Shown: piece after piece, positions 8,873 to 18,942 of the stretch | How the letters are laid out: every line of letters starts with the position of its first letter | Position numbering within the stretch: the first letter of the stretch is position 1 | DNA from: Mycolicibacterium smegmatis | GTDB lineage: Bacteria; Actinomycetota; Actinomycetes; Mycobacteriales; Mycobacteriaceae | Assembly: GCF_001457595.1 (NCBI RefSeq) | Contig: NZ_LN831039.1 | Span: 1,050,001-1,082,000 of the forward strand | Reading direction: 5' to 3' | DNA: 32,000 nt | Notes under the pieces: model-generated | The model's database searches: none | Seen by the model: only the letters and a program-made list of their open reading frames with translations | What the model was told of the DNA's origin: nothing | Program-made: the position numbers and the translations under genes

Positions 8873-10000
8873 ATGGATTCTGATGGACGTTCTGGTGGAC
8901 GCCCAACGGGGGTCCCTGGTGCCGGCGGTGAAGGGGGTTCGGGTCCCGCGGATGCGGCACCCGGCCCGAAAGTGGTTCTGGTCACGGGTGCGTGCCGGTT
9001 CCTCGGCGGTTACCTGACCGCGAGGCTGGCGCAGAACCCGTCGATCGACCATGTCATCGCGGTCGACGCGATCACGCCCAGCAAGGATTTGCTGCGAAGG
9101 ATGGGGCGCGCGGAGTTCGTGCGCGCCGACATCCGCAATCCGTTCATCGCCAAGGTGATCCGCAACGGCAACGTCGACACCGTCGTGCACGCCGCGGCCG
9201 CGTCGTACGCGCCCCGCTCGGGTGGCCGGGCCACGTTGAAAGAGCTCAACGTGATGGGGGCCATCCAGTTGTTCGCGGCGTGCCAGAAGACGCCGTCGGT
9301 ACGCCGGGTCATCCTCAAGTCGACCTCCGAGGTCTACGGGTCGAGTTCGCGCGATCCGGTGATGTTCACCGAGGAGAGCAGCGCGCGCCGTCCGCCGCGC
9401 GATGGCTTCGCCCGCGACAGCATCGACATCGAGGGCTACGCGCGAGGTCTCGCCCGGCGTCGTCCCGACATCGCCGTCACGATCCTGCGGCTGGCCAACA
9501 TGATCGGCCCCGCGATGGACACGGCGCTGTCGCGCTATCTGGCCGGGCCGGTGGTGCCCTGCGTCGTCGGGCACGACGCGCGGCTGCAACTGCTGCACGA
9601 GCAGGACGCGCTCGGTGCCCTCGAGCACGCCACCGTGGCAGGCAAGGCCGGCACGTTCAACATCGGCGCCGACGGCATAATCATGATGAGTCAGGCGCTG
9701 CGCCGCTCGGGCCGGATCCGGCTCCCGGTGCCGAGATCGGCACTCGCCGCAGTGGATTCGCTGAACAGGGCCACGCGTTACAGCGAGGTGGATCGTGAAC
9801 AACTCAACTATCTGAGTTACGGCCGCGTCATGGATACCACGCGAATGCGCCGCGACCTGGGATACAGTCCCAAGTGGACGACGGGGGAAGCGTTCGACGA
9901 TTACGTTCGTGGCCGTGGATTGACGCCGATCATCGATCCGCGGTGGGTAGGCTCGCTGGAGAGTCGTGCAGTTGCCTTGGCGCAGCGTTGGGGACGGTAG
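8873..10000 (+). CDS. NAD-dependent epimerase/dehydratase (GalE2-like, Rv0501-like)
   Basis: KVVLVTGACRFLGGYLTARLAQNPSIDHVIAVDAITPSKD...VVHAAAASYAPRSGG...SSTEVYG-like KSTSEVYGSSSRDPVMFTEE. Confidence 0.88.
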   Translation: MDSDGRSGGRPTGVPGAGGEGGSGPADAAPGPKVVLVTGACRFLGGYLTARLAQNPSIDHVIAVDAITPSKDLLRRMGRAEFVRADIRNPFIAKVIRNGNVDTVVHAAAASYAPRSGGRATLKELNVMGAIQLFAACQKTPSVRRVILKSTSEVYGSSSRDPVMFTEESSARRPPRDGFARDSIDIEGYARGLARRRPDIAVTILRLANMIGPAMDTALSRYLAGPVVPCVVGHDARLQLLHEQDALGALEHATVAGKAGTFNIGADGIIMMSQALRRSGRIRLPVPRSALAAVDSLNRATRYSEVDREQLNYLSYGRVMDTTRMRRDLGYSPKWTTGEAFDDYVRGRGLTPIIDPRWVGSLESRAVALAQRWGR

Positions 10001-10036
10001 TACTGGCTCTGATCTCGGTGGGGAGAAGGATGCAAG

Positions 10037-11101
10037 GTGGCGGGCGAACCTAAAGCGAAAGTGATTCCGCTGCACGGTAATTCGACTCGTGCCTCGGCTG
10101 CCCGAAGAGCCGCCCAAAAAACCGAGAGTGCACGCAGGCATCCGTCGCTGCTCGCCGATCCGGGTACCAGGGCGCCTGCCGAGCAGATCGCGGCCGTGGT
10201 GCACGAGATCGACCAGCGACGTCTCGGCGCGGCCGGATCCGGTGCGGCCGACGAGCCCACCGAGATCGCCAAGAGCATCTCCGCGGTGGCCGAGTTCATC
10301 CGCAAGCGGATGACGGGCGACTACGCGGTCGACGAATTCGGTTTCGACCAACACCTCAACGAGGCAATCTTCCTGCCGTTGCTCAGGGTGTTCTTCAAGT
10401 CGTGGTTCCGCGTCGAGGTCTCCGGCATCGAGAACCTGCCCGATTCGGGGGCCGCGCTCGTCGTCGCCAACCACGCCGGGGTGCTGCCGTTCGACGGTCT
10501 GATGGCCCAGGTGGCCGTGCATGACCACCACCCGCTGCACCGTGACCTGCGCCTGCTGGCGGCCGATCTCGTGTTCGACCTGCCGATGGTCGGGCAGGCC
10601 GCGCGCAAGGCGGGCCACACGCTCGCGTGCACCACCGACGCGCACCGCCTGCTGGCCAACGGTGAACTCACCGCGGTGTTCCCGGAGGGATTCAAGGGGC
10701 TGGGCAAGCCGTTCAAGGATCGCTACAAGCTGCAGCGGTTCGGCCGCGGTGGCTTCGTGTCTGCGGCCCTGCGCGCCAAGGCACCCATCGTGCCGTGCTC
10801 GATCGTCGGCTCTGAGGAGATCTATCCGATGATCGCCGATCTCAAGCTGCTCGCCCGGCTGCTCAACCTGCCGTACTTCCCGGTGACGCCGTTCTTCCCG
10901 CTCGCAGGCCCGGCCGGGATGATCCCGCTGCCGTCGAAGTGGCACATCAAGTTCGGTGAGCCGATCGACACGCAGGACTACGACGAGAGTGCCGCCGACG
11001 ACCCGATGGTCACCTTCGAGCTGACCGACCAGGTGCGCGAGACCATCCAGCACACGCTGTACCAGCTGCTGGCGGGCCGCCGGAACATGTTCTTCGGCTG
11101 A
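10037..11101 (+). CDS. 1-acyl-glycerol-3-phosphate acyltransferase-like (PlsC family, Rv0502-like)
   Basis: LVVANHAGVLPFDGLM (NHxxxxD-like), AVFPEGFKGLGKPF, APIVPCSIVGSEE. Confidence 0.88.
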   Translation: MAGEPKAKVIPLHGNSTRASAARRAAQKTESARRHPSLLADPGTRAPAEQIAAVVHEIDQRRLGAAGSGAADEPTEIAKSISAVAEFIRKRMTGDYAVDEFGFDQHLNEAIFLPLLRVFFKSWFRVEVSGIENLPDSGAALVVANHAGVLPFDGLMAQVAVHDHHPLHRDLRLLAADLVFDLPMVGQAARKAGHTLACTTDAHRLLANGELTAVFPEGFKGLGKPFKDRYKLQRFGRGGFVSAALRAKAPIVPCSIVGSEEIYPMIADLKLLARLLNLPYFPVTPFFPLAGPAGMIPLPSKWHIKFGEPIDTQDYDESAADDPMVTFELTDQVRETIQHTLYQLLAGRRNMFFG

Positions 11102-11131
11102 GGCGGCCGAACCTCCGCCCGGCGGGTGAAC

Positions 11132-11665
11132 TCAGGAACTGGACTTTTGCCCGGCAACCATCTTGGCGATGGCGGCATCGCGCGCCGCGGCGATCTGGGA
11201 ACTGATCTCGTCGGCCTCGTCGATCTCGGCCTCGCCGAGCATCGTGACGATGCTGGTGGCCACGGGCTTGCCGTCGTCGTCGGTCACCTCGGCACGGATC
11301 TCGCAGATCACCGTGCCGTGCGACTCGATCACCGAGTCCAGGTACGAGTCGAACCACAGCTTGTCACCGACCACGATCGGACGGTGGAAGATCAGCTTCT
11401 GGTCCCGGTGCAGCACACGCTCGAGGTTGATCGGCACGTCGAACTTGTCGAACAGGTCGAGCTGCACTCGACGGCCCGCGACCGCCAGGAAGGTCAGCGG
11501 CGCGATGAGGTTGTCGTGGCCGCACTCCTTGGCCGCCGCCTCGTCGAAATGCGCGGGGTGGTCGTCCTTGACGGCCGCCGAGAACTCGCGGACCTTCTCC
11601 CGTCCGACCTCGAAATAGTCGGGGTAGCGGTAGTGAGTCCCGATGATGTTTGCCGCGATGCTCAT
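11132..11665 (-). CDS. HadA/MaoC-like hotdog dehydratase (Rv0504c-like)
   Basis: [36 protein letters not shown]...[16 protein letters not shown]...[29 protein letters not shown]. Confidence 0.88.
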   Translation of the reverse strand: MSIAANIIGTHYRYPDYFEVGREKVREFSAAVKDDHPAHFDEAAAKECGHDNLIAPLTFLAVAGRRVQLDLFDKFDVPINLERVLHRDQKLIFHRPIVVGDKLWFDSYLDSVIESHGTVICEIRAEVTDDDGKPVATSIVTMLGEAEIDEADEISSQIAAARDAAIAKMVAGQKSSS

Positions 11666-11720
11666 GTGTTCTCTGCTACTCCCGTGCTTCCAGCTTCAAC
11701 TGCCCGGCTGCGGAAGCCTA

Positions 11721-11763
11721 TCAGCGTGGGGGTTCAGCGAATGTCAGCGAAGGTCAGCGAAGG
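11721..11763. repeat. Short tandem repeat, ~10-bp unit KGTCAGCGAA
   Basis: GTTCAGCGAA (11732-11741), TGTCAGCGAA (11742-11751), GGTCAGCGAA (11752-11761), then GGTCA; an extra TCAGCG at 11721-11726. Confidence 0.8.
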
Positions 11764-12683
11764 TCATGGCGGCGGGAGGCCACCGCGGCCAGCGCGCCGC
11801 CGAGCGCCCCTAGGGCCAGCGCGGACGGCACACCGATGCGGGCCGCTTTGCGGGCCGTGCGGAAGTCGCGGATCTCCCAGCCGCGTTCCCGCGCGACGTC
11901 GCGCAGCGCGGCGTCCGGGTTGATCGCGACCGCGGTGCCGACGAGCGACAGCATGGGCACGTCGTTGAAGCTGTCGGAGTAGGCCGTGCAGCGGCGCAGG
12001 TTCAGACCCTCGCGGATCGCCAGCGAGCGCACGGCGTGCGCCTTGCCGGTGCCGTGCAGGATGTCGCCCACCAGACGCCCGGTGAAGACGCCGTCGACCG
12101 ACTCCGCGACCGTGCCCAGTGCGCCCGTGAAGCCCAGCCGCTTGGCGATCGTGGCCGCCAGCTCGTAGGGCGTCGCGGTGACCAGCCAGACCTGCTGACC
12201 GGCGTCGAGGTGCATCTGGGCCAGCGCGCGGGTGCCGGGCCAGATCTTGTCGGCGATGATCTCGTCGTAGATCTCCTCGCCGAGCGCGACCAGTTCGGCG
12301 GTCGACCGGCCCTCGATGAATGCGAGCGCCTTGCGCCGGCCCGCGGCGACGTCGTCGCTGTTCTCCTTGCCGGTCAGCTGGAATTTGGCCTGCGCATATG
12401 CGATGCCTAGGATGTCGCGGTAGGTGAAGTACTTCCTGGCCGCCAGGCCGCGCGCGAAGTGCACCAGCGACGAGCCTTGCACCAGGGTGTTGTCGACGTC
12501 GAAGAACGCCGCGGCGGTCAGGTCCGGCGGAGGAGCGCTCGGTGGAGGTGTCTGCTCGGCCTGCAGGTCGGTGACGGCCACCTCGGCACTGGCCTCGCCG
12601 CCGAGCTCCTGAGCCCCGCGAGCCTCCCCGGCCTCATCAGTCACGGCCCGTTCTGACGCCCCGGCACTACCGATTTCGGACAC
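11754..12683 (-). CDS. serB1: HAD-superfamily hydrolase, phosphoserine phosphatase-like (SerB1, Rv0505c-like)
   Basis: [29 protein letters not shown]...[26 protein letters not shown]...[24 protein letters not shown]. Confidence 0.85.
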   Translation of the reverse strand: MSEIGSAGASERAVTDEAGEARGAQELGGEASAEVAVTDLQAEQTPPPSAPPPDLTAAAFFDVDNTLVQGSSLVHFARGLAARKYFTYRDILGIAYAQAKFQLTGKENSDDVAAGRRKALAFIEGRSTAELVALGEEIYDEIIADKIWPGTRALAQMHLDAGQQVWLVTATPYELAATIAKRLGFTGALGTVAESVDGVFTGRLVGDILHGTGKAHAVRSLAIREGLNLRRCTAYSDSFNDVPMLSLVGTAVAINPDAALRDVARERGWEIRDFRTARKAARIGVPSALALGALGGALAAVASRRHDLR

Positions 12684-12711
12684 GCAACAACCCTAACGGG
12701 ATACTGGCGGG

Positions 12712-12993
12712 GTGGAGCGCTCGCAACCAGGACCCGCCGCAGGGCACACCGTGACGTTGCTGACACGGGCCGGATGCCATCTGTGCGCCCGCGCGGCCGA
12801 GGAGCTCACGGTGCTTCGTGACGAGCTCGGGTTCACGCTGGTGACCACCGACGTCGACGCGCTCGCCGCCGAGGGCGACAACAGCCTGCGCGCACAGTAC
12901 GGCGACCTGCTGCCGGTGGTGTTGCTGGACGGGACCGAACACAGCTACTGGGAGGTCGACGCGGCGCAGCTGCGGAGTGATCTCGGCCACTAG
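12712..12993 (+). CDS. Glutaredoxin-like protein (DUF836 type, Rv0508-like)
   Basis: VTLLTRAGCHLCARAAEELTVLRDELGFTLVTTDVDALAAEGDNSLRAQYGDLLPVVLLDG. Confidence 0.88.
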   Translation: MERSQPGPAAGHTVTLLTRAGCHLCARAAEELTVLRDELGFTLVTTDVDALAAEGDNSLRAQYGDLLPVVLLDGTEHSYWEVDAAQLRSDLGH

Positions 12994-13152
12994 CGCCGCG
13001 CGGGGTGTGGTCGGTGGCCCATCGATGGCAAACCAGCAGGTTTCCAGGCTTCTGAATGCATCAACCTACTGCGCATATACCAGGTGACTAACTAGGTGAA
13101 ATTTGGAGGCCGCCCGGAAAACCGATACCTTGGTTGACGTGGTGATGAAGCC

Positions 13153-14508
13153 GTGAGCGTGCTGCTATTCGGGGTTTCGCACCGCAGTGCGCCGGTGTCT
13201 GTGCTCGAACAGCTGAGCACCAACGAAGCCGAGCAGGCGAAGATCATCGACCAGGTTCTCCAGTCCTCACTGGTTACCGAGGCCATGGTGCTTTCCACCT
13301 GCAACCGCGTCGAGGTGTATGCGGTGGTCGAGGCCTTCCACGGCGGTCTGTCGGTGATCGGGCAGGTGCTCGCTGAGCGCTCCGGTATGTCCCTCAATGA
13401 CCTGACCAAATACGCCTACGTCCGTTACGCGGAGGCGGCCGTCGAGCACCTGTTCGCGGTGACCAGCGGTCTGGATTCCGCGGTCATCGGTGAGCAGCAG
13501 GTGCTGGGACAGGTGCGTCGCGCGTACGCGACGGCCGAGGCCAACCGCACCGTGGGCCGCACACTGCACGAACTCGCGCAGCGCGCCCTGTCGGTGGGCA
13601 AGCGGGTGCACTCGGAGACCGGGATCGACGCCGCAGGCGCGTCGGTGGTCTCGGTGGCGCTCGGCATGGCCGAGACCAAACTCTCGGGTGGGCTCGGTGG
13701 CCGTACCGCGGCCGTGGTCGGTGCGGGCGCGATGGGCGCACTCGCCGGTGCGCACCTGGTGCGCGCGGGCATCGAACGCGTCCACGTGGTCAACCGGTCC
13801 CTGCCGCGCGCCGAGCGCCTGGCCAAGAACCTCACCGAGCAGGGCGTGGTGGCCGACGCCGTGGGTCTGGACGACATCGCCCGGGCACTCGTCGACGCCG
13901 ACGTCGTGCTCAGCAGCACCGGCGCCGTGCGCCCGGTGGTCTCGCTGGCCGACGTGCACTACGCGCTGGCACAGCGCACCCTGGCCGGTGCCGAACACCA
14001 GATGGTCGTGTGCGACCTGGGCATGCCGCGCGACGTCGATCCGGCCGTGTCGGGTTTGCCGGGCGTGTGGGTCGTCGACATGGACCGCATCCAGCGCGAA
14101 CCGTCCGCACGTGCGGCAGCGGTCGACGCGGAGGCCGCGCGCAACATCGTGGCCGCCGAGGTGGCGAACTACCTGGCGGGCCAGCGCATGGCCGAGGTCA
14201 CCCCGACCGTGACGGCGCTGCGGCAGCGCGCCGCCGACGTCGTCGAGGCCGAACTGCTGCGCCTGGACAACCGGCTGCCCGGACTGGACGCGGCGCACCG
14301 CGACGAGGTCGCCAAGACCGTCCGTCGCGTCGTCGACAAACTGCTGCACGCGCCGACGGTGCGTGTGAAACAACTCGCGAGCGCCCCCGGCGGGGACAGC
14401 TACGCCGAGGCGCTGCGGGAACTGTTCGAACTCGATCCGCAAGCCGTCGAAGCGGTTGCGGCCAGTGAATTGCCCTTGATAACAACCGATCTCGATAAGA
14501 CTGAGTAG
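13153..14508 (+). CDS. hemA: Glutamyl-tRNA reductase
   Basis: [22 protein letters not shown]...[20 protein letters not shown]...[20 protein letters not shown]...[15 protein letters not shown]. Confidence 0.97.
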   Translation: MSVLLFGVSHRSAPVSVLEQLSTNEAEQAKIIDQVLQSSLVTEAMVLSTCNRVEVYAVVEAFHGGLSVIGQVLAERSGMSLNDLTKYAYVRYAEAAVEHLFAVTSGLDSAVIGEQQVLGQVRRAYATAEANRTVGRTLHELAQRALSVGKRVHSETGIDAAGASVVSVALGMAETKLSGGLGGRTAAVVGAGAMGALAGAHLVRAGIERVHVVNRSLPRAERLAKNLTEQGVVADAVGLDDIARALVDADVVLSSTGAVRPVVSLADVHYALAQRTLAGAEHQMVVCDLGMPRDVDPAVSGLPGVWVVDMDRIQREPSARAAAVDAEAARNIVAAEVANYLAGQRMAEVTPTVTALRQRAADVVEAELLRLDNRLPGLDAAHRDEVAKTVRRVVDKLLHAPTVRVKQLASAPGGDSYAEALRELFELDPQAVEAVAASELPLITTDLDKTE

Positions 14509-14511
14509 AGC

Positions 14512-15468
14512 TTGGCAAACAACCGCGATTCGGTGATCCGGCTCGGCACCCGGGGTAGCCTCCTGGCTACGACACAGGCCGGCACTGTCAGGGACGCTCT
14601 GCTGGCCGCAGGGCATCCCTGTGAGCTCGTCATCATCTCCACCGAGGGTGACCGCAACCAGGGACCGATCGCGGACATCGGGATCGGCGTGTTCACCGCC
14701 GCTCTGCGTGAGGCGATCCACGACGGCCGCGTCGACATGGCCGTGCACTCGTACAAGGATTTGCCCACCGCGTCCGACGAACGCTTCTGCATCCCCGCGA
14801 TACCGCGTCGTGAGGACCCACGCGACGCGCTGGTGGCCCGCGACGGACTGGTGCTCGGAGAGTTGCCGACGGGCTCCGTGATCGGCACGTCGAGCCCGCG
14901 ACGGGCCGCACAGCTTAGAGCACTGGGTCTCGGTTTGGAAATCCGCCCCCTACGAGGCAACCTAGATACCAGGTTGAACAGGGTTACGAGCGGTGAACTC
15001 GACGGCATCGTGGTCGCCCGGGCGGGTCTGGCCCGGATCGGACGACTGAACGTTGTCACCGAGACGCTCGAGCCGGTGCAGATGTTGCCAGCGCCGGCTC
15101 AGGGCGCGCTCGCGGTGGAATGTCGTGCGGGCGACACCGAGCTGATCGCGATCTTGTCGGAGTTGGACGACGCCGATACGCGAGCCGCGGTCACCGCTGA
15201 ACGGGTCCTGCTCGCCGAACTGGAGGCGGGTTGTTCCGCACCGGTCGGTGCGATCGCTGAAGTGGTCGAGTCGATCGATGAGGACGGCAACGTCTTCGAA
15301 GAGCTGTCGTTGCGCGGCTGCGCAGCGACGCTGGACGGATCCGACGTGATCCGTGCGTCCGGCATCGGTACTCCCGATCGGGCCGCTGAACTCGGCGTCT
15401 CGGTGGCTGCGGAGCTGTTCGATCTGGGTGCACGGGAGCTGTTGGAAGAGCGTGGGAGTGAGAAATGA
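14512..15468 (+). CDS. hemC: Hydroxymethylbilane synthase (porphobilinogen deaminase)
   Basis: [23 protein letters not shown]...[10 protein letters not shown]...[16 protein letters not shown]...[12 protein letters not shown]...[10 protein letters not shown]. Start TTG 14512 or a slightly later GTG. Confidence 0.97.
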   Translation: MANNRDSVIRLGTRGSLLATTQAGTVRDALLAAGHPCELVIISTEGDRNQGPIADIGIGVFTAALREAIHDGRVDMAVHSYKDLPTASDERFCIPAIPRREDPRDALVARDGLVLGELPTGSVIGTSSPRRAAQLRALGLGLEIRPLRGNLDTRLNRVTSGELDGIVVARAGLARIGRLNVVTETLEPVQMLPAPAQGALAVECRAGDTELIAILSELDDADTRAAVTAERVLLAELEAGCSAPVGAIAEVVESIDEDGNVFEELSLRGCAATLDGSDVIRASGIGTPDRAAELGVSVAAELFDLGARELLEERGSEK

Positions 15469-17438
15469 CCCGGCAGGTCCCCCTCGGCGGAGCCGAGAGT
15501 CTGACTGCAGTTGGCGGAGCCGAGAGTCTGGCCACCTTCGGCGGAGTTGAAAGCGTGGCCACCCTCGGCGGAGTCGAAAGTCTCCCAAAGGTGGGTGGTG
15601 CCGATGCTGCGGTTGCGGTGGTCGGTGCCGAGAGCCCGGTGGTCGTCGGCGGCGCCGACAATCTGGCTGCGGTCGGCGGCGCTGAGTGCACGGTCGGTGC
15701 GGCCGAGAGCCCGGCGGCCGACCCTCAGCCGCGTGAGAGCTCGAGCCGGTCGCGCAGCCGCAAGGTCAAGCCCGGTCGCATCACGTTCGTCGGTTCGGGC
15801 CCCGGTGACCCGGGCCTGCTGACCACCAGGGCGCAGGCCGTGCTCGCGCATGCCGAGCTGGTCTTCACCGATCCCGATGTGCCCGAGGCGGTGCTCGCCC
15901 TCGTCGGCACCGATCTGCCCCCGGCCGCGGGTCCGGCGCCCGCCAAGAAGAACGACAAGGCCGACAAGGCCACCGACAAGTCGGACAAGTCCGACAAGGC
16001 CGATGACGCCAAGTCCGACGATCCGGCGGTCATCCCCGGCGGACCCGAGGTGCGTCCCGCGCTCGGCGACCCGGCCGAGGTCGCCAAGACGCTCGCGTCC
16101 GAGGCGCGCCACGGATACAACGTCGTGCGCCTGATCGCGGGTGACCCGCTGTCGGTGGATGCCGTGATCACCGAGATCAACGCACTGGCCAAGACGCATC
16201 TGACCTTCGAGATCGTCCCGGGTCTGCCCGACACCACCGCGGTTCCGACGTACGCCGGCCTGCCGCTGGGGTCGTCGCACACCGTCGCCGACGTGCGTGG
16301 CGACGTCGACTGGGCCGCACTGGCGGCCGCGCCGGGGCCGCTGATCCTGCATGCGACCGCGTCGCACCTGCCGGATGCCGCCCGCACGCTCATCGAGCAC
16401 GGGCTCGTCGAGAACACGCCCGCGGTCGTCACGGCCAACGGCACCACCTGCCAGCAGCGTTCGGTCGAGACCACGCTGGTGGGGCTCACCGACAAGACCG
16501 TGGTGGAGAAGCCCGCGGGCAGCGAGCTGTTGGGCCCGCTGACCGGACCGCTGGTGGTCACCATCGGCAAGACCGTCGCCAACCGCGCCAAGCTGAACTG
16601 GTGGGAGAGCCGCGCCCTGTACGGCTGGACCGTGCTGGTGCCGCGCACCAAGGATCAGGCCGGCGAGATGAGCGAGCGGCTCGTCACGCACGGCGCCCTG
16701 CCGATCGAGGTGCCCACCATCGCCGTCGAGCCGCCGCGCAGCCCGGCGCAGATGGAGCGCGCGGTCAAGGGCCTGGTCGACGGCCGGTTCCAGTGGGTCG
16801 TGTTCACCTCCACCAACGCCGTTCGCGCGGTGTGGGAGAAGTTCAACGAGTTCGGTCTGGACGCCCGCGCGTTCTCCGGCGTGAAGATCGCCTGCGTGGG
16901 GCAGGCCACCGCGGACAAGGTGCGCGCGTTCGGGATCAATCCCGAACTGGTGCCGTCGGGCGAGCAGTCCTCGCTCGGCCTGCTGGATGAATTCCCGCCC
17001 TACGACGAGGTTTTCGACCCGGTCAACCGTGTGTTGCTGCCGCGTGCGGACATCGCCACCGAGACGCTGGCCGAGGGTCTGCGTGAGCGTGGCTGGGAGA
17101 TCGAGGACGTCACGGCGTACCGCACCGTGCGTGCGGCCCCGCCGCCTGCGCACACCCGCGAGATGATCAAGACCGGTGGTTTCGACGCGGTGTGCTTCAC
17201 GTCGAGTTCGACCGTGCGCAACCTCGTCGGCATCGCGGGCAAGCCGCACGCCCGCACCATCGTGGCCTGCATCGGACCGAAAACCGCAGAAACCGCAATC
17301 GAATTCGGTCTGCGCGTGGATGTGCAGCCCGAGACAGCCGCGGTCGGACCGCTGGTCGAGGCGCTCGCCGAGCACGCCGCCCGGTTGCGCGCCGAGGGTG
17401 CGCTCCCGCCGCCGCGCAAGAAGAGCCGCCGCAGGTAA
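15465..17438 (+). CDS. hemD: Bifunctional uroporphyrinogen-III C-methyltransferase / uroporphyrinogen-III synthase
   Basis: [35 protein letters not shown] (SUMT-like) plus C-terminal HemD domain ([41 protein letters not shown]; [31 protein letters not shown]). ATGA overlap with hemC. Confidence 0.93.
   Translation: MTRQVPLGGAESLTAVGGAESLATFGGVESVATLGGVESLPKVGGADAAVAVVGAESPVVVGGADNLAAVGGAECTVGAAESPAADPQPRESSSRSRSRKVKPGRITFVGSGPGDPGLLTTRAQAVLAHAELVFTDPDVPEAVLALVGTDLPPAAGPAPAKKNDKADKATDKSDKSDKADDAKSDDPAVIPGGPEVRPALGDPAEVAKTLASEARHGYNVVRLIAGDPLSVDAVITEINALAKTHLTFEIVPGLPDTTAVPTYAGLPLGSSHTVADVRGDVDWAALAAAPGPLILHATASHLPDAARTLIEHGLVENTPAVVTANGTTCQQRSVETTLVGLTDKTVVEKPAGSELLGPLTGPLVVTIGKTVANRAKLNWWESRALYGWTVLVPRTKDQAGEMSERLVTHGALPIEVPTIAVEPPRSPAQMERAVKGLVDGRFQWVVFTSTNAVRAVWEKFNEFGLDARAFSGVKIACVGQATADKVRAFGINPELVPSGEQSSLGLLDEFPPYDEVFDPVNRVLLPRADIATETLAEGLRERGWEIEDVTAYRTVRAAPPPAHTREMIKTGGFDAVCFTSSSTVRNLVGIAGKPHARTIVACIGPKTAETAIEFGLRVDVQPETAAVGPLVEALAEHAARLRAEGALPPPRKKSRRR
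15486..15722 (+). repeat. Degenerate 27-bp (9-aa) tandem repeat encoding an N-terminal extension of HemD
   Basis: Protein [79 protein letters not shown]; DNA unit GGCGGAGCCGAGAGTCTGGCCACCTTC and variants. Confidence 0.92.
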
Positions 17439-17443
17439 ACACC

Positions 17444-17506
17444 CGCCGAAACGGCATTCCAGCAGGCGTGCACTCGCACTTTTCCTGATGGAATGCCATT
17501 TCGCCG
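17444..17506. repeat. Nested inverted-repeat element, copy 2
   Basis: CGCCGAAACGGCATTCC (17444-17460) / GGAATGCCATTTCGCCG (17490-17506): 15 of 17 pairs. Loop AGCAGGCGTGCACTCGCACTTTTCCTGAT matches copy 1 at 28 of 29 nt. Confidence 0.9.
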
Positions 17507-17522
17507 GAAAGGAGACGAGCTA

Positions 17523-18503
17523 GTGGCGTTCCCGAGGCATCGGCCCCGTCGACTGCGGACCACACCGGCCATGCGCCGGTTGGTGGCCCAGACCTCGCTG
17601 GAGCCAAGGCATCTGATCCTTCCGATGTTCGTCGCCGACGGCATCGACGAACCACGGCCGATCAACTCGATGCCCGGAGTGGTTCAGCACACCCGGGATT
17701 CGCTTCGCCGGGCCGCGGCCGACGCCGTCGCCGCCGGTGTGGGCGGACTGATGCTGTTCGGCGTGCCGCTCGACGAGGACAAGGACGCCACCGGGTCGGT
17801 GGGCGTGGATCCCGACGGCATCCTCAACGTCGCATTGCGTGATCTGGCCAAGGATCTCGGCGACTCGACGGTGTTGATGGCCGATACGTGCCTCGACGAG
17901 TTCACCGACCACGGCCACTGCGGCGTACTGGACGCCCACGGGCGCGTCGACAACGACGCCACCAACCTGCGTTACGTGGAACTGGCTGTGGCCCAGGCAG
18001 ATTCGGGCGCCCACGTGGTGGGTCCCAGCGGCATGATGGACGGGCAGGTCGCCGCGATCCGCGACGGCCTCGACGCCGCGGGGCACACCGACGTGGCGAT
18101 CCTCGCTTACTCCGCGAAATTCGCCTCGGCGTTCTACGGGCCGTTCCGTGAGGCGGTGTCCTCCAGCCTGACCGGTGACCGCCGCACCTACCAGCAGGAC
18201 GCGGGCAACATCCGCGAGGCCGTGCGCGAGATCGAACTCGACATCGACGAGGGCGCCGACATGGTCATGGTGAAGCCCGCCATGAGCTACCTAGACGTGG
18301 TGCGCGCGGCGGCCGAGATCTCGCCGGTTCCGGTGGCGGCCTATCAGATCTCCGGCGAGTACTCGATGATCAGCGCCGCGGCCGCCAACGGCTGGATCGA
18401 CCTGCAGACCGCCGCACTCGAGTCGCTGGTCGGTATCCGCCGCGCGGGCGCCGACCTCATCCTGACCTACTGGGCGGCCGACGTCGCCGGTTGGCTGGCG
18501 TGA
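17523..18503 (+). CDS. hemB: Delta-aminolevulinic acid dehydratase (porphobilinogen synthase)
   Basis: RHLILPMFVADGIDEPRPINSMPGVVQHTRDSL...LMADTCLDEFTDHGHCGVL...MVKPAMSYLDVV. GTG 17523 preceded by GGAAAGGAGACGAG is preferred over track start 17493, which lies inside the hairpin element. Confidence 0.95.
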   Translation: MAFPRHRPRRLRTTPAMRRLVAQTSLEPRHLILPMFVADGIDEPRPINSMPGVVQHTRDSLRRAAADAVAAGVGGLMLFGVPLDEDKDATGSVGVDPDGILNVALRDLAKDLGDSTVLMADTCLDEFTDHGHCGVLDAHGRVDNDATNLRYVELAVAQADSGAHVVGPSGMMDGQVAAIRDGLDAAGHTDVAILAYSAKFASAFYGPFREAVSSSLTGDRRTYQQDAGNIREAVREIELDIDEGADMVMVKPAMSYLDVVRAAAEISPVPVAAYQISGEYSMISAAAANGWIDLQTAALESLVGIRRAGADLILTYWAADVAGWLA

Positions 18504-18931
18504 CCGACTCCATGACCGAGCAGCGGCCGGGGTCCGACCCTCGCCCTGAGGATGTCGACACCGGGTTCTGGCTGTGGGCCGTCGCGCTGCCGCTGTTGGT
18601 CGCCGGGTACCTGATCGATGCCGTCACCGGTTCGACGGATGACGAGCGGGCGCTGATGATCGTGCTGGCCGTGATGTCCATGATCGTGCTGTCGTCGATC
18701 GTGGTGACGTTTCTGATCCTGATGCGCCAGGGCTATCGCTGGACGCGGACCATCCTGACCAGCGGTGGGCTGGTCTCGGTGATCCATGTCGCCACCAGCC
18801 TGTTCGGCGCCGACCGGCCACCTGCCGCGGCGATCGGCTATGCGCTGACCGGGATCTTCGGATCGGTCCTCATCGTCGGTGGCGTGTACCTGCTGCACCG
18901 CAAGGACGCCAACAGCTTCTTCAACCGGTGA
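18500..18931 (+). CDS. Membrane protein of unknown function (Rv0513-like)
   Basis: Four hydrophobic segments; GTG 18500 overlaps the hemB stop (GTGA). Confidence 0.8.
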   Translation: MTDSMTEQRPGSDPRPEDVDTGFWLWAVALPLLVAGYLIDAVTGSTDDERALMIVLAVMSMIVLSSIVVTFLILMRQGYRWTRTILTSGGLVSVIHVATSLFGADRPPAAAIGYALTGIFGSVLIVGGVYLLHRKDANSFFNR

Positions 18932-18942
18932 TTCGCTAGGCT

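Noticed and set aside
8717-11053. 778-aa minus-strand ORF antisense to the bS22-like, galE-like and acyltransferase genes
   Set aside because: Covers three well-supported plus-strand genes and has no recognisable motifs; again explained by codon bias.
15099-17375. 758-aa minus-strand ORF antisense to hemC/hemD
   Set aside because: A typical long antisense open frame caused by GC-rich codon bias; hemC and hemD on the plus strand have clear conserved motifs, and the antisense protein is low-complexity with none.
17493-17522. Track start for hemB at ATG 17493
   Set aside because: This ATG lies within the 3' arm of the hairpin element; GTG 17523 has a good GGAAAGGAG Shine-Dalgarno and fits the homologous N-terminus.
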